From positions 28,004,299 to 28,068,298 of the forward strand of contig NC_134025.1 of NCBI RefSeq assembly GCF_964204645.1: DNA of 64,000 nucleotides, written 5' to 3'. Below are positions 37,901 to 48,502 of this stretch, piece after piece. The stretch comes from Tubulanus polymorphus. Taxonomy: Eukaryota > Animalia > Nemertea. The notes under the pieces were generated by a model. The model had not been told where the DNA came from. It did no database searches and was given only the letters and a program-made list of their open reading frames with translations. The stretch's first letter is position 1; each line of letters opens with the position of its first letter. The translations under genes were made by a program, and so were the position numbers.

Positions 37901-40900
37901 ATGGGGTAAATCGCAAACATTATCGACAGGAACCTGCAGCAAACGACGTAAAACAACCAGATCTAACGGTAAGATAACTTAATCGAGATGATGAAATTTA
38001 AGGATATTAACGATAGTACAACTTATATTATATAACTGTCACCTATGCGAGAGTAATATGATGACTACAGAAACCAGACGCGTTTAAAATCGGCGAATCC
38101 CTCTTTCCGCCTTAAAAGCCTCCATCAACGACCATTAAATAGAAGTGAGAAGAGCAACAGCTTTAATACTGCTGAATGTCGTGACTTCGCCTTCCAGCGT
38201 TCATCAGTCAATACAGTGCTATAAGGCGATAAGACCGTTTGAAGATGATAAGACAAAAACCCACTATCTAAAAATTAAAAGAAATCTAAAATCGAGAATT
38301 TATTTATTGAAGCAATATAAAATATAAGAACACGACGTTTCGATCTCACACTAGAGATCATCGTCAGGTGTTTGTTTCAATAGATAAATTCTCGATTTTA
38401 GATTTCTTTTAATTTTCAAATAGTGGGTTTTTATCTTATCATCTGATTCACCACGTTTGAGTGTGGTTATCGTACCACCGTTTGAAGAAATCGTTAGTGG
38501 AAAATGAAACATGAAAGTGGTTCCATATCCGATCTTATTTGGTTCCATATCCGATATATCCGTAATTTTTCGGTCAACGGGTACTGAACTCAGCAGTTTT
38601 AAAGATAGAATCACAGATTTTATATTATATTTTGAACTTTAGGTTCTTCTGATGTAAGTCCAGTTGATCAGGAAAGTAATCGAGCCAGTTCAAGAGGTAT
38701 CATTCCACAAGCTAAAATCCGCACCATAAAGATGACCCTTATCATAGTGATCGGTAGGTTTTCAACTCAAATTATCAAAAATCTAAATTGAACTATTTTC
38801 TAGGAATGTATTTCTTGGTCGTTTCTATCAAGCCTCCATTGATTTAAAAAGAAATATATGACGGCATTTTTTTGCGTGAAGTGTGAAATCTGCAGAGCTT
38901 TCGGCATCACACATTATCCCATTAACATGCACATTAATTGGTGTAGAGAAGCTTTGCGGTTGTGTTTCGTAGTAGATAACACCACAATATGCCTGAAATT
39001 CTACGTGGAATCATGGAAAACAAACATCAATTACAGAAGTAGATGGAATGAGAAATTGGATATATTTTTCAGCTCGGTTGGTCTCCTGTATCGGCATTCG
39101 CCGGAACTAACAATAACACGCGAGCAATGAACGCATGGACAATTTAATTTTCTAATAGAATCTCCTAGAACTGTCGTAAATTCCCGTTATGGCATGCAAC
39201 ACAGATGCTAGAAATCTGTTGGGTTTTCTCTAAAGTGCAATGAATTATTTCTATATTTCAGTATTCGTTCTATGTTGGAGTCCATATTTTGTGTTTGATT
39301 TCCTCGATGTGTACGGACATATTCCTCAATCACAAGTCAAACTGAAAATCACAATATTCGTACAAAGTTTAGCGCCTTTAAACAGTGCCGTGAACCCCCT
39401 CATTTATGGTATATTCAGTACAAGGATATGTAGAAATCTTAGGTACGTATGAAGAAAACAGCTCCAATCAATAATCTAATCAATCCTGAATCATACAAAG
39501 GTTTAATTAAATTTGTAAATCGGAATTATCACCCATAATTTGGTTGAAAATGTATTTATCCATCATTATATGTGAATGTTTGCTACATGTCATGTCTTGT
39601 ACACTAGCCTCACTGCCTGAAGTTTGACTCTGGCAGGGGAGGATTGTATATTTGATTTCAGCGTCCTGTATGGCTGTAAGGTTGCAATCGTTGTTATATT
39701 TGATACACCCATTTCTTTAGCATGGCACCGCTAATCTAACAAATCTCCGCCGCTTTCAAAGACCATTCTAACACATTCTTCAATTAATTTTCAATCAAAG
39801 ATATTGGGACATAAAATCTTAATCTCACATGTCTTAATATATACTGCTTACAATTAATGGTCATTTTTAGGGGGGAATTTTTAAATGTGTAGATACGTCG
39901 TAAGTTTTTCTTAATTTCTCTCGGATTGTTTCTTTTCTTTCTTAAGTGTTTTTTGTGTAAAATGCCTTGAGTTTTGTTCCGTGTCAGATCCAGTCGTGCA
40001 GTTGGTAATGTTTGACGCATCAATGTGTTTGAATATCATCATACAATTTGTTATCTGTTTATTTCAATATTAGATATATAGATCCATTATAGATACCACG
40101 GCATTTTTCAGACCTTAATGCCGTACCAGGGTCCAAATCAACGGTTGTAAGCCGATACTTACAGTTTTCTTTTGAGAAAAACATGTAGGCAGAGTCAGGT
40201 TTCGAGGAAAATTGCTTCATCTCGCGACGTTTCATGTATCATTTCATACGATACGTCGCTGCCGTGATTATCACCAATTTTTTCTTTCGTTATGCCTCAT
40301 TATACAATCCCTTAGAATTATCGTGGCCTTGCTTGGCATAACGAAAAATGTAAGGCATATTTATACTTTACCTTGGTAAACAGCACTCGTGATAAAACAC
40401 GCGTGAGAGTGTATTCAAAACGTTTTTAGAATAACGAGCACAACAGAATGCGTTATACCGATGTTTAGGTGATGTGAAAGTTATAAGCTGTAGAGAAAGT
40501 CTCCTTGCCGAAGCTTGACGACGAAGTTATTCTTCTGGAATAGATTAGCCAAAATAAAAGTGGAATCGGTCCACAGTATTGAGCTCGTTTACGTTCGTTT
40601 CGTGTTCATGAAAATTCCGCTTTCTGTCTCACGCTTTTTTCTACGTATGCTTATTTCCGTGAAAGAACGTAATTCTCTCCAGCCACACCGTCGCGGCGAC
40701 GGTGATCTAGTTTGCTCAAAGACAGTTGCCAAGTAGGTTGTCAGTCATAATTGGCGAATTCAGTCTCAATCGAGAGTGAAAAATGTTTCCTGTCGTTGCT
40801 CGGATTTTTAGATTTACAGTTCGCTGGCTTATCTAATAGTTCAATATCCCATCACCCTTATTGTACTGAGAGAGAGAGGGAGAGAGGGAGGGAGAGAGAG

Positions 40901-41314
40901 GATTGCGTTCGAATTCTTTGTGCCATATCATTGATGTGTTTGATTATAATATAGATTATTTTATGTCATCCCATTGTCCATTTATAAATGCTACTTTACA
41001 GACGTATCGAACTTTGCGATCGCATTCTGCGGATGATATGTTGCTGCTGTCCGTGCATGAAACAACCTTTACAGCCATACAGACAAGCGACCAATTGCTC
41101 ATCAACTGTTGTAACTGATTTCTCTGTCACAGAGGATGGAGAGGTCAAGTCCAAAATCAAGCACGTCCACGAATCCCAGCGTCGTTTGGTAGCGCCCCCA
41201 TACGGCAGAGATGGGTATCAGGTTCGGCCGGAGCGACGTTCTCTAATCAGGGCAAACATGGCAGTGGAGGACGACCCAATTACAATAGGCAAGCAAATGG
41301 AAACTATAGCCTAG
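28928..41314 (+). CDS. Rhodopsin-class neuropeptide GPCR, CCAP / neuropeptide S receptor type (vasopressin-receptor superfamily)
   Basis: Exons 28928-29092, 30677-30815, 33355-33458, 36527-36620, 36783-36928, 37815-37968, 38643-38753, 39262-39442, 41002-41314. N-terminus with four N-glycosylation sequons; FYQTAQ..GN..SRMNIFIMNLALAD, WYAGSVGCK, STYALVALSLDRL, RASSRGIIPQAKIRTIKMT, CWSPYF, QSLAPLNSAVNPLIY are typical of CCAPR/NPSR. Confidence 0.9.
30821..30848. repeat. (TA)n microsatellite
   Basis: TA run just after the exon 2 donor of the GPCR. Confidence 0.8.
38243..38444. repeat. Inverted repeat (foldback): 73-bp arms 38243-38315 / 38372-38444, 56-bp loop, in GPCR intron 6
   Basis: Arms are reverse complements at 68/73 positions; the ORF track shows the same peptide (KTHYLKIKRNLKSRIYLLKQ) on both strands. 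Confidence 0.95.
40867..40901. repeat. (GA)n-rich microsatellite
   Basis: gagagagagagggagagagggagggagagagag. Confidence 0.8.
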
Positions 41315-43656
41315 TCTCCAAGGTTGTATCGTGAGAAATATTGAGGACTGGTTGTATTGTTTATATTGAGAGATGTGACACGCCCATTACGGGCACATGA
41401 CTTGTGACGTCACAGTTTTCGTACTTAGAAGAGTGCGGATAGATACTATAATCTCACGTGTATATATCAAAATAAAAGAACCATTTATGGCTTTATACTT
41501 CGTATAGAGTTTTAACTTATTCGTATATCAAACAGATTTGTTGAAAATAATTTAATGACGTATGTAGACTATAGTTGAATAATGTCGTTTCAGTTCTTAT
41601 TGTTTTATATCGTCAATTGTATTTCATAAAAAATATACATATTATGAATAATTTATTGACCCTAATTACATGTAGTAAATCAGTAGCGTGGTATGTAAAT
41701 CGTTATCTGGTGTATGTAGGTAGAAGATTCGAAACCGATGCTTGGTTCTGACAATCGTTTGAGGTACCGGTACATTCTGTTGCGTCATTACTGGAAAGAT
41801 GCTTTGTAAGTAAGCGCTGTTAGAATTCGCTGTTTTATCGGCTAAATACATTTTTTCCTGTAGTATCACGTAACTACTACTTCATGTGTTCTGTCACAAT
41901 TATCTGGCAATTTGCGTGTTTTCTGGGTGAATTTCCATTAGAACAGAAAATCATCGAGGAGTAGAACTGATATTCGTAATTTACTGGCAATCGATTTATT
42001 GTATAACTTATCTAATGGTCTCCTACACTTATCCTCACTCACCTCACAGCCATCTGGACACTTCGTACGTTTTACTGATAAATCCATAGAATTATCATCG
42101 CCCATACATTAACCAGAGATTTTATGATATTTAATTTGATGTAATACCTCGAAGAATTAATCCGTTGAAAATGTATTTCACATCATTCGCCTCCGGGTTA
42201 CAATTCTAATGAGGTATTTAATCGCGTATATGTTCATAAACAATAAATCGAGATATTTAAGATGATCGTCTCCAGTTTGGTAATGTTCATTATCTATTGT
42301 ATCATTTGCTGGTAAGATAGTGTGCGTAATATACTAGTGACCATTTTGTGAAAGCAAGGAGTTAACCAATAAGACAATTACTGGTAACACTTGTCCACGA
42401 GGCTGCTACGGATTGTATATATGGTTCTATTATGTAAATTTGTTTCTTATCCTATGTAGGAGTTGTTTATTGTTGTTGAAAATATATTTCGTAATTTACA
42501 CATTACTTCTGATTGTTTATCCACCATGGATGGTGACACGGGCGAATGTTTTCCGTCACAATGGGGTACCGACATGCCAGTTATCCCGTCAATTGGCGCC
42601 AATGAATATCAGATGTATTTCCCCTCCACATATTCATCGTATGTTTTTTTATCATATTTCATCTTACAAACATCTTACATTTTTTTATTACATTTAACTC
42701 AAATTCCGGCCTTGCAATCGAAAAATTAGGCAAATCCTGTATTTAAATAAATTCGGATCAATCCTGAGCTCAGGTGGCACGATTTTCGTATGTCATACAT
42801 AGATGCTGGGAAATAATCGTGTTACATTTTAATTGAGTTAAAGAAGTCCATCGTCCTACTAACTGTGCACTACCGAACCAAGCGGTATTTCGCTTGTGAC
42901 AGTAACCGGTAACGTTGCCGATACCCCATTCAACGACTGCTGGACGTATTTAGGAGAACGGTGTTCCTTAATTCATCTTTCCTTAGTTTGTTAGATACGA
43001 GAAAATAAATATTGCTTACGCACTCGGCAATAATACGCTGCAAACGAATATCCTCAGTGGAAAATGAACGCATGACAAAACCGTTTATCTGCCGACGATA
43101 AAAAAAAGAACAACGGAATATAAATAATATTTTAGGGTCCATTTTTATTGCATCTTGAAAGAGTTAAAGATCTACCTAACATCTGTACAACATTCCTAAT
43201 TAAAATTTTATACACGTCTCAATTATAACATTTTCCGAAATATACATTTGTGTAGATGTAGGTATATAATTTTTGTTGGTCGAAATATCCAGACGTGTTT
43301 TGATTATACAGAGTAAAATAAATGCAGTCAGCATAGCGACTATATTTTAAAGACAGTTAGGATATATTCCAAGAAAAAATTCAAGCAATCTCATAACTAT
43401 CAAAATATGAAAGAATCGTAATACCTTCGTCTAATATACATTGTAAAAGGCACGTGAGTAAACATGATTTCTGATTTAACAACACACACGCACAATTTCT
43501 AAAAACATTTTTAAACCGTCGTAAGATGAGTATTAAACTTGCTATAATTGTACATACTACTTCATCCTATACCGTATAATAAGAAGCACATCAATTTTGA
43601 ACGCAACCTCTCAATAATAGTACCGCATAAATTCCGACAAATTATACACTAAATAT

Positions 43657-46600
43657 TCAGATTTTCATGAGGTACATAGCTATTTCCATAGGATCCAAGT
43701 GTAAAACTTGATCAACGGCTAGAACTCTTTTTTCATACATCAATGAAATGGTCATCTCATTAATTTCGGATATTTTGATGTCGGTGAATAACGTTTTTAA
43801 ATCGACCCGGCCTAAACTGGTTTTACAATTCATGTTACCCAGAGGATAGTTACATTCGTAGCCGATTCTATTCAGGAGAAATACAATGCCGTTAATACCC
43901 GTTCCGTAATTCCTTAACGTTTTCAAGTGAAGAAGGTTAATATCGCAAGGTAATGCTACTTTTAAAGGCGAGAAACTCGCGCGGAATGAACGAGCCGTCA
44001 TCATTTGTATGAAATTCACAATCGGATGTTGAAGCGCGTTTTGAAGACTATGCGCCAACAGCGAAGGATGTGAAATGGTTGGCATTCGATTTTGGGGAGC
44101 TCGCGATTCGTGTCGTTCTAACAGTAAAATGAATTTACTCAGAGTTAACTGATTATCATAGACGCCCTCGCCGAGACCTCGATTGTCGTCGTACATCAAC
44201 TTGCGGTCTAACATCACTTCCATCCAACCTTTCTCAAGGCTAGCGACTCCGTGTGATTGTCCGGCCAGAATACTGAGCCTAGTAGAAACATCTTCGATAT
44301 ACATCATAGATGTCATCGGATAGTAATTACCCCGACTATGTAAATGCTTTAAATACTTTCGCTTCATCATTTGAAAGCCGTTCATATCCGTATAGAATAT
44401 TTGTTCGTTATCGATATTTGTGGTCAATCTCATTATGATTTCTTTGTCGTTTATCGAAACTTTTCGATTTTCGTTACCGATATCGATGAAGTTACGTATT
44501 TCGAGGGCTTCGCTTTGAAGAATGGGCGAATGAATTATTCGAACGACGTGCTTCAAAGCGGGATATACGACGTGTATTTCCGTTCGGACGTTTCCGCTGA
44601 TTACGCGAATTTCAGGCGTTCTATAAAAATCCAAATTCTCGGCAGGTCCCATCGGGTAAAATAGATACGCGCCACTGCCCTGGGAAATATAGGTGAGGAA
44701 TTGTATTTTAACTAGCGTCAAAAGACCGTCGCGTTTAGTTGTAATAGACTGCAATAAACCCGTTTTCGGAGAAAATGATGCGAGGATAAAATTGTTTTCT
44801 AAAACCAATTCATCGTTAGGATTGATTTTATGCAGTGTAAATGCGCCCAAATTCCGATATTTGGCCTTTTTTTTATTCGTAAGTATCGAGGAAATCTTGG
44901 CTAGATTACCGACTGGTGGCTCATTTTCAAAACACCGAATGGTATAACGACTAAAACCTAACGCTTCAATTTCAACTTGAAATATCAATTCATACTCGGT
45001 TTCGGATACGGGTAAAATTTCCGATTCTACCCAAATGGGGCTGATTTGACTTTTCACCGGTTTCGAAAATGAATCAACGACTAAAATATTCAGATTTCTA
45101 CTAACTATTTGCAAACGAACGATTTCCTGACGTTTCTTAGCGACAGAATTGAAAAAGAATACATTCGTTCCGAGAGAAGTGATGAATACTGATTTTTGTC
45201 CAGGAAAAGGATCGTCGACGCCTCTCGCGTCATCGATATCTAAAAACAGTCCGGAGCTTTCGATTTTTCTGGTGCCTTCCTCTTCTTGTTGTTCGCCGTT
45301 CGACAGCAGGAAACTCGCCGAAGTTATCTTCACAGCATTCGATAACCCTTTAGCTTCCCACAGTTTTAACAGGTAATCGTCGATCGTCTCCGGTTTCGAA
45401 GTTCCGGTGATCGCGTCGTGATGCTGAAACAACGCTAAATTCTCCCTACACGAGGTTAATCGTTGCGCGTTGTGAATCTCTGACGTGAAGATCTTTTCGT
45501 GGACGCTCGAATACGCGACGGCTAACGAATTCAATATCTCCGCATCGCGAACATTCGATTCTAATTCGCGCGCTAGCTGTTTATAAAACGGCCGCGTAGT
45601 AAAGTAACCAGTCCAATAATCGGCCTCTCGATCCGTGTACGGAAAAAAATCTCCGCTGAGAATCGGAATTTTAGATTTTTCGAGCAATTGATTCGATTCG
45701 ATTCGTTCGTGTAAAACGTTGAAATAATCGGTTAACGTGCCGAAATGAACCTCAATATTCAGCGATGGTCGAGCGTTGATGTACTGCATTAATTTCATGA
45801 AGTTCGTATATTGTTGAGACCATTCTTCCGGTCGGTCGTAGCGGAAATCGTCGCCTAACGGCATAAATATCACGTTCGCCTTGTAATTTTCGGCTTTACG
45901 GCGGAATTGGTCGACTAAACGATTCGAGTAAAGTTTCACATTTTCCGGCGTTATCGTCGTAGCCATGCTTTCCGTGTATTCGCCGTTGACCTTACGAAAA
46001 TCGAACATCAGACAAATAAACGGAGTCGGACCGCACGAATACTTCACGCTGTATAACATGTAAGGCATCATATGACACAATGTCTGCGAATCGCCTTTAC
46101 TGTCCCAAATTTGACGCCATTGGAATTCTAGATTCTGTCGTTCTCTCAACATATCTTTCACGTCTTCGTGCACGCGTAGAACGACCATGTTACGAACACC
46201 GGCGCGGTTTAATAAATAGGGTACAGTCGCCGAATAACCGAATGGATCGGGCGACCAATTGACTTTCGGTCGAACGCCGAGGTTTTTCATCACCCACTGA
46301 TGTCCTTCGATCATTACGTCGATAAACGAAGTGAACGTGGTCGACGCTTCGTCGGGCGCCACCCAACCACCGTTTACTATTTCCAGACGACCTTCTTTGA
46401 TCAACGATTTAAACCGAGATTTCGTTTTCTCGTCGATGTCGTTCCACCACATCGCCAGAAACACCGTTTCGCCCCAGATAAACGTCATATTCTTATAAAT
46501 ATGCATCTGTTGAACGAGGTTATCGAGAATCGGTTTCGTTTGTTCCTGGTAGTAATCGTCGATCGTACGAATCCAGCCGGGGTCCGTATGAGAATGAGGT

Positions 46601-46953
46601 ATCACGAACACTTTCAATTTCGTCGCATTATTCACGACCGGTTTTTGTTTAGGTCCGACTAATAAAACGCGCGGGTCACGAGGGTGACTGGCAACTTCAT
46701 CATTCACCCGTTCTAATATGTAATGAGTATTTAGTCCGCCGATCGGTTCCGATTTCTGCCCAAATACGCATTCGCTCTTCCGATCCTTAATGATCGGTGC
46801 ATGTCCTTTAATCGGCCCGAAATGTGATTCGACTAGTTTTGATCTGCGCAAATTATTTCTACGCTCAAACACAAATTTGTCATGAAATATATACACTATC
46901 AACAATACAATTAGCAGAAATGCCAAAGAAGCAATTCTGTGAGAGAATTTCAT
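43657..46953 (-). CDS. Golgi alpha-mannosidase II (GH38, MAN2A-like), single coding exon, 1098 aa
   Basis: Type II N-terminal TM; Zn-binding HSHTDPGW; nucleophile region WSPDPFGYS; acid/base GDDF; YWTGYFTTRPFYK; FQHHDAITGT; MLDR..DDNRGLGEG. Likely 5'UTR intron 47096-47633 (GTAAGT donor, TTTGACAG acceptor). Confidence 0.95.
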   Translation of the reverse strand: MKFSHRIASLAFLLIVLLIVYIFHDKFVFERRNNLRRSKLVESHFGPIKGHAPIIKDRKSECVFGQKSEPIGGLNTHYILERVNDEVASHPRDPRVLLVGPKQKPVVNNATKLKVFVIPHSHTDPGWIRTIDDYYQEQTKPILDNLVQQMHIYKNMTFIWGETVFLAMWWNDIDEKTKSRFKSLIKEGRLEIVNGGWVAPDEASTTFTSFIDVMIEGHQWVMKNLGVRPKVNWSPDPFGYSATVPYLLNRAGVRNMVVLRVHEDVKDMLRERQNLEFQWRQIWDSKGDSQTLCHMMPYMLYSVKYSCGPTPFICLMFDFRKVNGEYTESMATTITPENVKLYSNRLVDQFRRKAENYKANVIFMPLGDDFRYDRPEEWSQQYTNFMKLMQYINARPSLNIEVHFGTLTDYFNVLHERIESNQLLEKSKIPILSGDFFPYTDREADYWTGYFTTRPFYKQLARELESNVRDAEILNSLAVAYSSVHEKIFTSEIHNAQRLTSCRENLALFQHHDAITGTSKPETIDDYLLKLWEAKGLSNAVKITSASFLLSNGEQQEEEGTRKIESSGLFLDIDDARGVDDPFPGQKSVFITSLGTNVFFFNSVAKKRQEIVRLQIVSRNLNILVVDSFSKPVKSQISPIWVESEILPVSETEYELIFQVEIEALGFSRYTIRCFENEPPVGNLAKISSILTNKKKAKYRNLGAFTLHKINPNDELVLENNFILASFSPKTGLLQSITTKRDGLLTLVKIQFLTYISQGSGAYLFYPMGPAENLDFYRTPEIRVISGNVRTEIHVVYPALKHVVRIIHSPILQSEALEIRNFIDIGNENRKVSINDKEIIMRLTTNIDNEQIFYTDMNGFQMMKRKYLKHLHSRGNYYPMTSMMYIEDVSTRLSILAGQSHGVASLEKGWMEVMLDRKLMYDDNRGLGEGVYDNQLTLSKFILLLERHESRAPQNRMPTISHPSLLAHSLQNALQHPIVNFIQMMTARSFRASFSPLKVALPCDINLLHLKTLRNYGTGINGIVFLLNRIGYECNYPLGNMNCKTSLGRVDLKTLFTDIKISEINEMTISLMYEKRVLAVDQVLHLDPMEIAMYLMKI

Positions 46954-47647
46954 AGTTTTATCTGAAGCTAGCCAGTATCCAAACTATCCAGTTGATCACA
47001 GTATATAGAACACATTAATTGTTCGGTACTCAGAGCACAGTTCGACTTCATCATTCCATGGATCACAGATCACTCGGTTGGAAGAATGACCAATCCTGTC
47101 AAATGAAAGAAAGATACCATACCGGTATTATCATTAAGTAAACTTTCGCTGTTATCTGTTAAACATGATGAATGTGATTTTACTCTGAACAAATGCCGGA
47201 GGATACAAACCGTTCAGAAAGCAAACATCGGAGCAACTGCATTTAATGGTGGTAGTGTCTCTATAACCCACACAAAAATTTCTGGCACATGTTCTGAACC
47301 TCAATCTATGTGAGACTCGTAGTATCCAAAAACATGTTAGAAAATTGCTAGGTAAAAGCATTGATGTCTAGTCTGAATACCAGATAATCTGGGGGACAAC
47401 GAGACTTGATTGAGGTCGTAAAAAATACTCCCTATAATTGCTTTTTGTTTGTTTTTGTTGCCAGCATCCATGTTAACACTGCTGGCTGGTTGCCAAAAAC
47501 CCAACGTATTAATAGGCAGTCCTTATGACAGTGACATACATTTTGAATGACTAATATTGATGAACCAAACATCCAACATTCATTATTGGTTTCTAAATGA
47601 ATCCAGATTATTTGTGGTGTATTTGGTACTTACAGGGAATAATTTAC

Positions 47648-47678
<31 letters not shown>
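47648..47678. repeat. (AAT)n microsatellite
   Basis: About ten AAT units. Confidence 0.9.
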
Positions 47679-48502
47679 GGTTGCCTGTATGAAAATATAG
47701 GAATATAGGTCCTTCTTCAGTCCTAACCAATTTACAACATACGCGCATACACTATGTCAACAATGGCATCGATCCCATGACCATAAGTTTTACTTCCGGG
47801 TTTTAGTTAGTTAGGTTTTAAAAGCCGATTTCGTCGCTTTTATGCACATATCCTTGTGATACCGAATTCTTTGGAAAGTAACTTATCATAGAAATATATT
47901 CACCTCCAACCTCAGTTCAAATGCCTCACCAGAAAAAGAGAACTTCGGAGCAAATCAACGCAAAGAAATCGTCAAGATTGGAGATTGTCACATATTTACA
48001 TTTCAGGTCATCGTAAAACGCGTACGACGGACTCATTACAGGAACTGAAGAATGTTGATTTGAATTGTGTAGGAAGTTACTCGAACCACTTGGGACAGGG
48101 GCAGCGGACTCATTCCACACCGGACTGATTTTATGCGGCGGGTGTAGCGATGGCGATGTCTTCTTCGGATCTTATTCCTCACCAAAATACCAAAAGAATC
48201 CGAGAACTAAAACCATATACTTTCTATAGAAATATTCTGTATTTGCTTACAGTCTGAAACCAATTATAATCTTCAAATATATTTAACAAATAAGTTTTTT
48301 TCAATGAAAATTAATCACCATAATAGATAATAAAGATAAGACCGACCGACTACTAGTAGTTCTTCTCACCACACCTTGCGGCAGCTAATCTGACAGAGCT
48401 ATATATCACAGTTTTCGACTAGATTCAACCGTTTCAATGCCAACTTCCTTCCAGCCCACATGAATTTGCGCTATATACCAATACATGTTGTATATGATTA
48501 AA

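Noticed and set aside
38145-38614. Two opposite-strand ORFs sharing KTHYLKIKRNLKSRIYLLKQ
   Set aside because: Translation artefact of the inverted repeat.
42413-42729. ORFs between the GPCR and mannosidase 3' ends
   Set aside because: No known motif and no supporting splice chain.
44371-46662. Plus-strand ORFs overlapping the mannosidase CDS
   Set aside because: Antisense shadows of a GC-richer coding sequence.
47926-48240. GC-richer minus-strand ORF between FIG4 and mannosidase
   Set aside because: All frames are interrupted by stops upstream; more likely promoter or UTR sequence.
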